DNA of 64,000 nucleotides from IMG/VR virus record IMGVR_UViG_3300042197_002243. The stretch is one strand, 5' to 3'. The notes beneath the pieces were generated by a model. It had not been told where the DNA came from. It did no database searches and saw only the letters and a list, made by a program, of their open reading frames with translations. Source of the DNA: a virus. A program made the position numbers and the translations under genes. Positions 18,339 to 28,013 of this stretch are shown here, in pieces (position 1 is the stretch's first letter; each line of letters opens with the position of its first letter).

Positions 18339-18533
18339 TCAGAATACTCCAAAGAAAAAGTTTCCAGTTGCAACATAAGATACAAGACCAGCAACGAATC
18401 CCATCATGGCCCATCGACCATTGGTACGTTCCTTAACTTGATTTGGCGTCAACATGCCATAGTTTTCATAATACATTGTGGGCTCTTTTGCCCACATATT
18501 TTGTTGACCACGCTCATTAGTAGTTACAGTCAT
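18339..18533 (-). CDS. hli: High-light-inducible protein
   Basis: NMWAKEP and ERTNGRWAMMGF motifs. Confidence 0.92.
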   Translation of the reverse strand: MTVTTNERGQQNMWAKEPTMYYENYGMLTPNQVKERTNGRWAMMGFVAGLVSYVATGNFFFGVF

Positions 18534-18537
18534 CGTG

Positions 18538-18588
18538 TTTTGTAAAGAACTGTTGCACAATTATATAGCAAATATAAAGGGGAGTCAA
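18538..18588 (-). promoter_or_regulatory. hli sigma70 promoter with a downstream HLR1-like site
   Basis: TTGACT-17bp-TATAAT followed by GCAACAGT-TC-TTTACAAA. Confidence 0.65.
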
Positions 18589-18627
18589 GCTCCCCTCGTA
18601 TTATTGGATACTTAATTTTTCAGGAAA

Positions 18628-19506
18628 TCAGAACTTGAATCCAAGACCAGTGGTAAACACAGGCGAGTAAGTTCCGTTGGTAGCACCATAGCTATTAGCG
18701 GCATTGGTGGTAGGGAACTTCAGGTCAGCAAAACCAACCAGTGAGTTGGTCAGACGACCTTCAACACCAAGAGCAAGCACGAATTGACCACGATTACCAA
18801 CAGCGGACTGATAGTTAGCAGCAGTATCATTCACGAAAGGAATCTGATAACCAGCACCAGCATACACATTGGCACGGCTCACGCCAGACTTAGCACGGGA
18901 AACGCTCCAATCATAGGAAACAAGGGCGCCGCCGCCTGCACCTACCTGACCAGCAGGAGTGCCTACAAAGTTGGCATAAGGACGAACCGAAACAGCATTT
19001 TGGTTTTTGAAGTTCTTCACAGCATAACGTGCCTGAACCGTAGCACCAGCAACAGTGCGTTGAGCACCATAACCATTACCAGCAACACCTTGCTGATTGA
19101 GAAGCACACCAGCTCCCAGATAGTTACCAACGCCCTGTGCCTTTTGGGCAGCGGCAAGTTCAAGAGCACTTACACGAGTATTGGTAGCAGCAATCTCTTT
19201 GGAAAACTCTGCACGAAGAGCAGCAGCAAGAGCAGCATCAGCAGCACTTTGATACTCACTAATGCGATCAAGACAAGCATTAGTCAGAGCAGCAAGTTCT
19301 GCACGAGTCGCAGGTTGGCCAGGACGGAAGGTGCCATTAGGGTAACCAGCAACACAACCGTAACGCTCTACCAGATTAGTGATTGCTTGATAAGACCACT
19401 GGGTAGGTTGAACATCACGCAGTTGTGAAACACTGGTGACTTGTGCCATGGCAGGAGCAACTGCAGTAGTAGCAACAGTGGCGGCGGCAATAAAAGAACG
19501 AATCAT
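18628..19506 (-). CDS. SLH-domain outer-membrane protein (cyanobacterial porin N-terminus plus short beta-barrel)
   Basis: Signal peptide; DVQPT.WSYQAI..LVERYGCVAGYP.GTFRP...TR.E; C-terminal GLGFKF. Confidence 0.8.
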   Translation of the reverse strand: MIRSFIAAATVATTAVAPAMAQVTSVSQLRDVQPTQWSYQAITNLVERYGCVAGYPNGTFRPGQPATRAELAALTNACLDRISEYQSAADAALAAALRAEFSKEIAATNTRVSALELAAAQKAQGVGNYLGAGVLLNQQGVAGNGYGAQRTVAGATVQARYAVKNFKNQNAVSVRPYANFVGTPAGQVGAGGGALVSYDWSVSRAKSGVSRANVYAGAGYQIPFVNDTAANYQSAVGNRGQFVLALGVEGRLTNSLVGFADLKFPTTNAANSYGATNGTYSPVFTTGLGFKF

Positions 19507-19604
19507 AATAGATAATTGGTTTTAGATCTAAACGACATTTTGTGTTAAGAATTACAACAGAATCCTTAAGTACTTATTTATTGTAATCGATAACTCTTTG
19601 GATG

Positions 19605-20399
19605 TCAAGCACTTTGATGTGCTGAATTTTCCACAACCCTTCCAAGATAAGGATCATAATCCATAAGTTCCTCAATCTTTAATTCAGCTCCACGCTGACT
19701 CCAGAAATTAAGAAGTCCGTCATGATTACCCTTATGGAATGCATCAATATGTTCTGGATGAATCGACGATCCAAGTTCAATCTTATAAAGAAGAAGAGGA
19801 ATACTATAAGTATTGCCCGAATTATAGATAAGATCATCTGCAACAGGACGTGGTTTGCATCCATTATCAAGTTTATACTTTTCTCCCCGAACATGATGCT
19901 TCATTAACTTTTCCGCATGATGGCGAGTAATCATATAACAAGCGGTAGAAAAATCATTCACAAAACGCTTGTGCAATTTGACATGAAGATCTCCAGTACA
20001 AATAATTGCAATCTGCACAACATCCCAATCATAAGGAATACGTCCATAGAAATCACTCCAGGTAAAATTCCAGAACCGCACAAGATCCAAATTGCAATCA
20101 TCTTCCATCATGATAGCATAGGGGCTATCAGACGTTTCAAGCCAATGTTTAATTGCTTTTAGATGTGATGTGGTACATCCAATTTCACCAGAAGTCATCA
20201 TCTCTGGATAGCGACCAGAAATAATATCACTCAGATCATCTTCTCTACCATCGTATGCGGAGATTCGAGTATAATTTTCAATCTCCCAGTACTTGAATTG
20301 ATCCTCCATATATTGCCATCTATCTGGTTGCCCATCAAGATTGATGCAATAGATTGGACCAATATTTTTTAATTTAAAAGTTGATTTATTTCTATCCAT
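19605..20399 (-). CDS. Glycosyltransferase family 25-like
   Basis: YCINLD...DR, RISAYDG, GEIGC..SH and MEDD motifs. Confidence 0.85.
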   Translation of the reverse strand: MDRNKSTFKLKNIGPIYCINLDGQPDRWQYMEDQFKYWEIENYTRISAYDGREDDLSDIISGRYPEMMTSGEIGCTTSHLKAIKHWLETSDSPYAIMMEDDCNLDLVRFWNFTWSDFYGRIPYDWDVVQIAIICTGDLHVKLHKRFVNDFSTACYMITRHHAEKLMKHHVRGEKYKLDNGCKPRPVADDLIYNSGNTYSIPLLLYKIELGSSIHPEHIDAFHKGNHDGLLNFWSQRGAELKIEELMDYDPYLGRVVENSAHQSA

Positions 20400-21193
20400 T
20401 AGACTTGATATACGGCTCCATGTTGATAAGTAAAACCTGTGACTGGTTGAATGTTTTCTTGTGGCATGAAAAGGTTGACTCCTAAGAATTTAATAGGAGC
20501 ATCACCCCATCTTTTGGTGTAGATTCCACCATGCTCATCGATCTTATTATAAAATTCCATGTAGGGACTTGTCAAGAACCAGTTCACATTCCCCAATTCA
20601 AAATTAGTGTAGAACATCATACCCTCAGGTATATTATTTGGGTATAAGTCATTCGTAAATTCCCACAGTCCTTCGATTACTTTGGGATTGTCGGTTTGAA
20701 CAGCAGGAGCGATAAAACCGTAATAACAATGATTACTTTCAGCCCAATCAAAAATATCATAATTCAATGGAGTATGTATAAAAGAATCTGTATCCAATCT
20801 AAGATAATAATTATAATTTCTTATAATACTTTGGTTGTACATTTCTCCGGAGAAAAATCTACACATGTGGCGATACCCCATAGAAAATCCTGGATGTCCC
20901 CAAGCAACAGGGCCATTTCCATGAGTTGGGTGTGGGAAAAATTCTGGTATGTGACGTGCAATTTCATTTGGATATTCTGGCACATCAAATTGAACTAGAT
21001 TGTACTTAAGGTTTAAATTCGTTTGAACCTTTTCTACATACGGAAAAAATGAATCTTCTACAAAAACAATTACATCTGCAGAAGTAAACTTAAGTACATT
21101 CTCTTCAAGAAGTGCAAGAGACTTATTGAACATTTCAACATCTTCATCAGAAGATCTGACAAGATAGATTATACAGTTCATAACATTTGCCAC
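20399..21193 (-). CDS. Glycosyltransferase family 15-like (Kre2/Ktr mannosyltransferase)
   Basis: YRHMCRFFSG, YYLRLD, FYTNFE and GGIY..RWGDAPI motifs. Confidence 0.85.
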   Translation of the reverse strand: MANVMNCIIYLVRSSDEDVEMFNKSLALLEENVLKFTSADVIVFVEDSFFPYVEKVQTNLNLKYNLVQFDVPEYPNEIARHIPEFFPHPTHGNGPVAWGHPGFSMGYRHMCRFFSGEMYNQSIIRNYNYYLRLDTDSFIHTPLNYDIFDWAESNHCYYGFIAPAVQTDNPKVIEGLWEFTNDLYPNNIPEGMMFYTNFELGNVNWFLTSPYMEFYNKIDEHGGIYTKRWGDAPIKFLGVNLFMPQENIQPVTGFTYQHGAVYQV

Positions 21194-22590
21194 TCTTTAT
21201 AGGGTATCATGTTTGGGCTATGCGTACCAATAAAAGATTCTGGATAAAATACTTTTGAGTTTGGTTGATTTGGATCTAAGAAGGCGGACCAAAAACTAAA
21301 CGTTGATACATGCAAAATATGGTACTCACATTCTACCATCTTTCGCAACGATTGAAAAGCATCTCCATCAAATATTTCGAAATGCATATCAAATTTTTCT
21401 CTGAACCATGCAAGTTTATGTCTTGCTTTGTTATTATCATCAGCAAAAATATAAACTTTACTTCTTGAAGGAATTTTTTCAAATACTTTTACATAGAATT
21501 GATCATCAACATATCCATTGACATGATCATCGGCAGGACGAGTACAAAATCTCAGATGCAATGAGACTGTTTCCGATACAGAATCTTTATTGATACTAAG
21601 AACATTTCGAACATCATCTAGATTTTCTACAGAACCAAATCTAAACATATCATTGATAACAAATTTTGTATCAAAAGTTGCAGAAAGATTTCCCTGCCAG
21701 TTTAGATTTGGAAAATACTTTCTCATATCACCATGACTTCCATCATGGCCGCCAAGAAGTCTATCTGAATTATATGATGAAGGATATAAGTTACCACCAT
21801 TCCATAGATCCCATGTACCAAACTTTGGTTCTGGTAGATTAAACTTTTTGCAGAATGAAATGACTTCTGCCATCTGAAACAGATTATTTCCCAATCCACC
21901 GTGCAATGTTGTACTGATTGTCCAATCGTTAAAGTTGACAGGCATTGAAACTGCTTTTGATGTACTATCAATACTTACGTCAATCCCAATCCATCCTAAA
22001 CAACACAATTGATATTCAGTATTACCAAAAAACTCTGGAGCATCAACAATCAAAAAGTTTTTTGGATACTGCTCTTGCAACTCATTTGCAATCCGATAAT
22101 ATTCATCCCAGTATCTTTCTGTGGCATGAAACTCATCTCTAGAATCACTATAATCTGGGAACTGACTCACAGCATATCGGTTATGACCAAATCCGATTGT
22201 CCTATCCTTTACATAACAAGGATTTCTATACGCCCACGATGTAGCCAAGGACTTGATAGAGTGTTCTCTTCTACCACGTAAACAGAAGAACTTCATGTCG
22301 GGATAAAACTCCAGAAACTCTGGAACATATTTCAAATATGAATGTGTGATGTTTGGAATAACCCAACCATCTTGATCATAATCAAAGTGAAAAGATACTC
22401 TACGAGTTCTTTCTTCTTTTGAAAGACTTTCAGAATCCCAAATCAATCCATTCTCATCACTCCAAGTTTCAAAACTATTTTGATACTTCGGACCACCACC
22501 TTTATATTTGATTGGAATATGATTTCTTAGCAGATAATTAGCACGAAGAAAACCACATCCACCAGATCCAATAATATGAAAATTACTCAT
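21178..22590 (-). CDS. Two-domain protein: P-loop/sulfotransferase-like N-terminus plus GT11-like C-terminus
   Basis: IIGSGGCG near the N-terminus; GGLGNNLFQ, SLHLR, IFADD and STFSFWSAFL in the C-terminal half. Confidence 0.7.
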   Translation of the reverse strand: MSNFHIIGSGGCGFLRANYLLRNHIPIKYKGGGPKYQNSFETWSDENGLIWDSESLSKEERTRRVSFHFDYDQDGWVIPNITHSYLKYVPEFLEFYPDMKFFCLRGRREHSIKSLATSWAYRNPCYVKDRTIGFGHNRYAVSQFPDYSDSRDEFHATERYWDEYYRIANELQEQYPKNFLIVDAPEFFGNTEYQLCCLGWIGIDVSIDSTSKAVSMPVNFNDWTISTTLHGGLGNNLFQMAEVISFCKKFNLPEPKFGTWDLWNGGNLYPSSYNSDRLLGGHDGSHGDMRKYFPNLNWQGNLSATFDTKFVINDMFRFGSVENLDDVRNVLSINKDSVSETVSLHLRFCTRPADDHVNGYVDDQFYVKVFEKIPSRSKVYIFADDNNKARHKLAWFREKFDMHFEIFDGDAFQSLRKMVECEYHILHVSTFSFWSAFLDPNQPNSKVFYPESFIGTHSPNMIPYKEWQML

Positions 22591-23398
22591 AAGCAATTCC
22601 CCTCAACTCATACTCCCAACGAACATCCATATTCATTCTTGGTTTACCATCTGCTTCAATAATCTGTCCAACAAAAATACCATACTCCATTGGTTCGTGT
22701 TCAGGAAAAGGCCTATTGTCCTGACCTGCAGGATAAATTAAAGCAAGTTGTCGTTTGACATCTCCAGTAATATATGGAATCAATCCGACACCATATGCTT
22801 GATCATGAGGAACATGGTCTCCTGGTTGTGTCGTTGGTTGCCCAGATGGTTGATTGTGAGACCAATGATCATGGCATACATGGTCATGAATAATCATAGG
22901 CCAAACATGGTTTTGCAAAACAGTTTGATCATCATCTCTATTGTTCTGTGCTTGAACATCAAGATTTAATTTACCATATCTTTGGTGATAAAGAGTATTA
23001 TTAATACCAAACATTCCTGCCATGATTGAGTAACCATGATTATGACAGTCTCTCATAAGATGGCAGGTCTTATCCGTTGTCAACCATTCATCTACAGCTC
23101 TACGCTCTCTCCAAGATAATCGACTATCACAATCTCGACTAATCCACGCATCAATAGTATCATCCAGAAAAGGAAGAAATCTCCAATTCAATGCATCATA
23201 GGCACTGTATCTTTGACGAAGATAAACTTCAGCATCATAATCTTTAAGTCTCCAAGTATACTCTTCAGGAGTATCCAGATCAACATAAAATCTTGCTGTC
23301 CAATCTGGATAGATTTCCTTTGCAAGTCTTGCGTTCTCTACCGCACCTTCACAATAAAGTGGATTGGAACCAAAAAGACTAAACGTTATCAGGCGCAT
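22583..23398 (-). CDS. Putative glycosyltransferase
   Basis: FSLFG..P.Y..GA..N, WRFLP, SRDCDSR...RE..AV.EW, MRD and DDQ..L motifs. Confidence 0.65.
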   Translation of the reverse strand: MRLITFSLFGSNPLYCEGAVENARLAKEIYPDWTARFYVDLDTPEEYTWRLKDYDAEVYLRQRYSAYDALNWRFLPFLDDTIDAWISRDCDSRLSWRERRAVDEWLTTDKTCHLMRDCHNHGYSIMAGMFGINNTLYHQRYGKLNLDVQAQNNRDDDQTVLQNHVWPMIIHDHVCHDHWSHNQPSGQPTTQPGDHVPHDQAYGVGLIPYITGDVKRQLALIYPAGQDNRPFPEHEPMEYGIFVGQIIEADGKPRMNMDVRWEYELRGIAYE

Positions 23399-23963
23399 AC
23401 CAAGTTCCATAATAACAATCAGCCCCATGAAATCCTGGGTTGCTTCCTCCCTTATAAATTTTACCAAAGTCACCTAAAACTTCAGTAAAGGTTTCCTTAG
23501 TGATGAAGTGTGGATGTGCTTCATCAGTCGCACTTCCAATACTTTCAAAAACTCGAATTACTTTTGATGTTTTCTTTGCAAGTTCGAGTTGTTCTTGGGG
23601 ATCAAGCACATGCTGAACAACATTGAAGAACCAAGTCTCATCAATCTGCTCATCAATTTCCAGATCTTCATATGGCGCTGCGATAATTTCTACACCAATC
23701 GCTTCATAATCCTGACGGATTTCTGCAGGCCAGCGATCAATCAACGGTTCAATAATAATTCCTCTTTTGAAATTGCCTTCAGTCAAAAGAATAGATCCTC
23801 TTGGACCTGCACCAACTTCAACAACAACTTTGTCTTTGAAATCTTCTTTGTAGTCAAATTCCAAATACTTAGCAATGCACTCAGAAGCATATCCATATGC
23901 TTCACGACTTAAATCTTGGTGATGTGAAAATTCTGTAGTCTGTGCCACAGCCCACCTATCCAT
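23379..23963 (-). CDS. Class I SAM-dependent methyltransferase
   Basis: VVEVGAGP motif I; NVVQHV.DP. Confidence 0.8.
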   Translation of the reverse strand: MDRWAVAQTTEFSHHQDLSREAYGYASECIAKYLEFDYKEDFKDKVVVEVGAGPRGSILLTEGNFKRGIIIEPLIDRWPAEIRQDYEAIGVEIIAAPYEDLEIDEQIDETWFFNVVQHVLDPQEQLELAKKTSKVIRVFESIGSATDEAHPHFITKETFTEVLGDFGKIYKGGSNPGFHGADCYYGTWYAPDNV

Positions 23964-23964
23964 A

Positions 23965-24789
23965 TCAATTCGCATAAGGCAACTCTCGATGTTCAACAAT
24001 TCTTCTGGTATTTATTAGATCTTTATGACGCTCATAAAAGATCTTGCTGTTTTTATGATGTGCTTTTAAAAGCCATGGAGCGGGGGATCCAGTTTCCACT
24101 CGTGTTCCACCCCAGCAATCATCACTCTCATAATCAATCCAATATGCACCTACGACTTTTCCAAGTTGTTTGTACGCACGATAACAAAGATCATGATCAT
24201 CCATATCTTGTGGTTCAAATGCCTCATCAAGATAATCCAATTTCTTAAGATCATCATGATCAATCATCAACGGTCCACGATTTACGGAACATCTGACGGC
24301 AAATACATCACGAGGTAACGCATGTTTGCGATCAGCATGATCAACATGATTGACAATATCGCACCAACAATTATCAAGATTCTCTTCCATTCCCAAATGC
24401 TGTGAGTCTGGATTGAATACCCAATTGTGTGCAGTTCTGGAGGTCACCGCAAACACATCATCGAAAGCTCTGAATGGTTTTTCCAATCTTTTGTTCCAAT
24501 CTTGCTCCTTGATAATCATATCATCTTGAACGATAATGATCTTATCTCCCTCAGCATTTTTCATGCCAAGATTATTTGCTTTTGTTTCAAAAACATTTGG
24601 AGCATGAAGAAATTTTCTTTTAACTGGAGTACCACTCAAAGAATCCCAAATAATTTTTTCAGAATTATCTGTACAACCATCAATCACCACGATTAATTCA
24701 TAAGGTTCTGCTGTGTATTTGTAGATGCCTTCAATGACTCTTTCAATCAACCAGTCTTTATTATGGACTGTAAGAACAATACTATGCAT
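23965..24789 (-). CDS. Glycosyltransferase family 2
   Basis: SIVLTVHN, IDGCTDNS, N.G, QDD and DDHDLCYR motifs. Confidence 0.9.
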   Translation of the reverse strand: MHSIVLTVHNKDWLIERVIEGIYKYTAEPYELIVVIDGCTDNSEKIIWDSLSGTPVKRKFLHAPNVFETKANNLGMKNAEGDKIIIVQDDMIIKEQDWNKRLEKPFRAFDDVFAVTSRTAHNWVFNPDSQHLGMEENLDNCWCDIVNHVDHADRKHALPRDVFAVRCSVNRGPLMIDHDDLKKLDYLDEAFEPQDMDDHDLCYRAYKQLGKVVGAYWIDYESDDCWGGTRVETGSPAPWLLKAHHKNSKIFYERHKDLINTRRIVEHRELPYAN

Positions 24790-25522
24790 TTTCTTTAATT
24801 GCATTTAGGAACTGATCAATTTGGCGACCGTATCCTACACCACCACGCTCATACCAATAGTCATAATCACATTCAATATAATTACGGAACTCTGGGCCTC
24901 CAACGGTCAAACCATCTCGAATTGCAAGATTAGTCAGAATACTTTGATCATTTCTATGTGCCTCAAAGCCCTCCAGTTCCTCACCTTCTGTACTTGGATC
25001 ATTATTAATAATCCGAGGATCTAAACAATATTTCTGCCACTCCGCAATCACTTCTCTTGTTTTGTCAGTGACTTTCCAGACCATGAAACCACATTCAAGT
25101 TGTCTTTCATTCCAGTAGTCTTCTTCATCGCAGTCCATCAGAACAAAACAATCTCGCTTAGTATATTGACCATTCATATTATTGCTGATAAGCAACATTG
25201 AAATGTCATCAGTATTGTCCATTTCCTTTTCAACATATAGTCTCAACCCAGGAGAGAACATATCACCACAATCACAGTAGAGAATATAATCTCCATCTAC
25301 AGCATGTTCCATTGCCTGAGAAATGACATAGGGTTTCCATGCCCACCATCCAGCTCCAATAGGAGCATCAAGCAGTTCCTTATTTTCTGCATAGAAGTCT
25401 GTGGTTTCTAACCACTCACGATTGTATGTATGATGACAAAATTCTTCCTCATGAATTTCATGAAGATACTTTTGTTTATCCAAAAACTTTTCGTTTGCAA
25501 ATGTTACCAAATGCCAAGTCAT
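24782..25522 (-). CDS. Putative glycosyltransferase
   Basis: G.GWWAWKP, ILY.D.G, YTKRD and HRNDQSILT motifs. Confidence 0.7.
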   Translation of the reverse strand: MTWHLVTFANEKFLDKQKYLHEIHEEEFCHHTYNREWLETTDFYAENKELLDAPIGAGWWAWKPYVISQAMEHAVDGDYILYCDCGDMFSPGLRLYVEKEMDNTDDISMLLISNNMNGQYTKRDCFVLMDCDEEDYWNERQLECGFMVWKVTDKTREVIAEWQKYCLDPRIINNDPSTEGEELEGFEAHRNDQSILTNLAIRDGLTVGGPEFRNYIECDYDYWYERGGVGYGRQIDQFLNAIKENA

Positions 25523-26397
25523 TTCAGTCTCTCCTTAACGTAATCTTGATTCTCGTAGTATTCAATCAGTTGTTCTTTTGAAAGTGTTTTTAAGTACTCC
25601 CACAGTGCATTGTTGTTTTGCATATGTGGATTGTGGAACCAAGAGTTTTGAGTTCTTTGATGTTCCAGATGATAAGCGTGATTAGCTACCCTACCAATAT
25701 TATACCCTAAAGTTTGCCATCTGTGATGCCTTTCAATGTCTTCTGGAGCATAAGCGATGAATCCCTCATTTTCCAAATATCCATCAATGTAAACTTGACG
25801 ATTGAAGAACTGAACCATACCATATTCAGCCCATCCTTCTCCTTGATTACTTGGATAGTAGAAGAAACGATCATCAAAACATGTTGAATCATATTCTTTG
25901 ATGAACCGCGATACAAATTCCCCACCCTCAAAGTTATCCATGTCATCTTGAGTTTCAATCGTAAACCCAAGGTTTACTTTACGCTCACCATGATTACCAT
26001 AGCGATATGGATATACTAAGTCATACTCACCTTGAAGCATTTCTACAGCCTTAGTATAAGTATCGAGTGGAAGAACAAGATCTGTATCATAGTTCACTAC
26101 AATATCACACTTAGAACTCATGATCATATCATTAAGAACTTTTGTACGATGAAATGAATCGTCCGTTCTAGTTTCTTCTTCAAAGATGAAGTTAAGATTT
26201 GCAGTATCTACCAATCGTTTAATGATTGGTAGAGCATATGTTTCAAACCTACGCTCAGAATCTACTTCTTTAATCGTTACAGTACAATCAAAGTGGTGCA
26301 AAAGATATGAAGTACTAAGAATTACATTCCTTAAACGATCTCCAGTATCAATTCTTAGTGGGACAATAAAGTCCACAGTTTTTAAATCAGTTTTCAT
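25519..26397 (-). CDS. GT-A glycosyltransferase (GT2/GT7C-like)
   Basis: IVPLRID..DR..N, YDTD and ENE.F..Y.PED.ER motifs. Confidence 0.75.
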   Translation of the reverse strand: MKTDLKTVDFIVPLRIDTGDRLRNVILSTSYLLHHFDCTVTIKEVDSERRFETYALPIIKRLVDTANLNFIFEEETRTDDSFHRTKVLNDMIMSSKCDIVVNYDTDLVLPLDTYTKAVEMLQGEYDLVYPYRYGNHGERKVNLGFTIETQDDMDNFEGGEFVSRFIKEYDSTCFDDRFFYYPSNQGEGWAEYGMVQFFNRQVYIDGYLENEGFIAYAPEDIERHHRWQTLGYNIGRVANHAYHLEHQRTQNSWFHNPHMQNNNALWEYLKTLSKEQLIEYYENQDYVKERLK

Positions 26398-27196
26398 TTA
26401 CCATTCTCCATTCTTCAGGAAACAAATCCTTGGTTGATTTATTTGCATTATTGGGTCCAAACCATTTTGATGGATAAACAACCACCTTATCCTTTATATT
26501 GGATAACCATGCGCCCCACCATGAGAATGTAGAGTTGGCAATAATAAAATCAGAACACATTGACATCAAACACAAGTCAACATAAGAACTGCCACTTTCA
26601 CATACGGAAAATCTATCAGATGCAAACAGTTCTTGCTCCTTACACCAAGTAGGATCATCCGAAAAGATAACTACGTTCTGATCATCGGGAAATTGTTTCA
26701 ATGCATTTTCATAATATTTCATAGAAAGATTATGATGATTTAAATTATTGATCAGAAAATCACCTCGACGAATATGAAGTGCAATGGATCCTTGCATTTG
26801 TGGTCTATGAGGCTCGCATGATTCTAGATATTCTGGTTTGAATGTAAATTCATTTCTGATTACATCTTCAATATGTTTGAAATATTTTTCGGTCTGAAAA
26901 TATCCAACAATGGTAACATTGTCTGGACAGTTCTCAAGAATATCTTCATCAAAATGAAAATCTACTTCAGATCTTACACCGTCAGCTAATAGATATCCAG
27001 TTTGTTCTGGACGAATGTCAAACACATCAAATAATTCAATCCTCAGGATATTGCCTAGAGAATCTTTAATCTTTTCATTGTGGTCTGGAATGGTATAACC
27101 ATATCCACGTTTAGCAGCAATGCCCCTGAGAGCAGCGTATTGGAACATCTGGTTTCCCAGTTGCCCCATCCTACCAAGATAATTTAATCCAATCAT
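26387..27196 (-). CDS. GT11 alpha-1,2-fucosyltransferase-like
   Basis: GQLGNQMFQYA, GYFQ.EKYF, HIRRGD, FSDD and NSTFSWWGAWL motifs. Confidence 0.92.
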   Translation of the reverse strand: MIGLNYLGRMGQLGNQMFQYAALRGIAAKRGYGYTIPDHNEKIKDSLGNILRIELFDVFDIRPEQTGYLLADGVRSEVDFHFDEDILENCPDNVTIVGYFQTEKYFKHIEDVIRNEFTFKPEYLESCEPHRPQMQGSIALHIRRGDFLINNLNHHNLSMKYYENALKQFPDDQNVVIFSDDPTWCKEQELFASDRFSVCESGSSYVDLCLMSMCSDFIIANSTFSWWGAWLSNIKDKVVVYPSKWFGPNNANKSTKDLFPEEWRMVNEN

Positions 27197-28013
27197 CGGG
27201 AAGTAAATCTTTAGTGTCGTTATCTTTTAAAAGTTCTGGACCAAACCAAGGATCTGGTGCAATCACGGGATTTGTACGATTCTTTTGTAACCATGCACCC
27301 CACCAACTTAATGTGCTGGGAGAAATAATCGCACCGTTACAAAAACTCATCAAACATAGATCAGTATAGGGGATAAAAGAGTTTCTGTAAACCCCATCGC
27401 CTTCCATACACTTATGAGAATATTGCTGTACGCTTTCGTTAATTAAGAACCTTTCACCAGAGAAAAATTCTTGCTCCTTACACCAAGCAACATCATCACT
27501 GCAAATTAAAACCATTGCATCATCATCGAAATGCTCTAGAGCTTTACGATAATAATCAAATGTAGGAACTGGATGCAGGTGTTCTCTACCAACATTATCA
27601 CCACGACGAACGTGAAGGAAGATAATCTTCTCAAACTGATCTATAAATTCTTTACACGGATTTTGAATCTCATCAATAAATTCAAAGTCCTCACGAATCT
27701 CATCTTCAATATGCTTGAAATATTTTTCGGACTGAAGATAACCATCAAGGTTTGTATTATCAGTAAAAGTTTCAAGCAGATCTTCATCGAAATGAAAATG
27801 TGCCTCATCTCTTGTTGGATAAGGTACTTCACCAATGTTCTTAAGATGCTTCAGTTTGAATGGATGATGAATTCCATAGTTGGCAGATCGAGTACCGTCT
27901 TCAGGAATACACCACTCATATCCATGCTTAGCCGCGATACCACGGAGGGCAGCATATTGGAAGAGTTGATTGCCAAATCTTCCATTAATACCCAATCGAT
28001 TATAACCAATCAT
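27171..28013 (-). CDS. GT11 alpha-1,2-fucosyltransferase-like
   Basis: GRFGNQLFQYA, GYLQSEKYF, HVRRGD and STLSWWGAWL motifs. Confidence 0.92.
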   Translation of the reverse strand: MIGYNRLGINGRFGNQLFQYAALRGIAAKHGYEWCIPEDGTRSANYGIHHPFKLKHLKNIGEVPYPTRDEAHFHFDEDLLETFTDNTNLDGYLQSEKYFKHIEDEIREDFEFIDEIQNPCKEFIDQFEKIIFLHVRRGDNVGREHLHPVPTFDYYRKALEHFDDDAMVLICSDDVAWCKEQEFFSGERFLINESVQQYSHKCMEGDGVYRNSFIPYTDLCLMSFCNGAIISPSTLSWWGAWLQKNRTNPVIAPDPWFGPELLKDNDTKDLLPDDWIKLSW

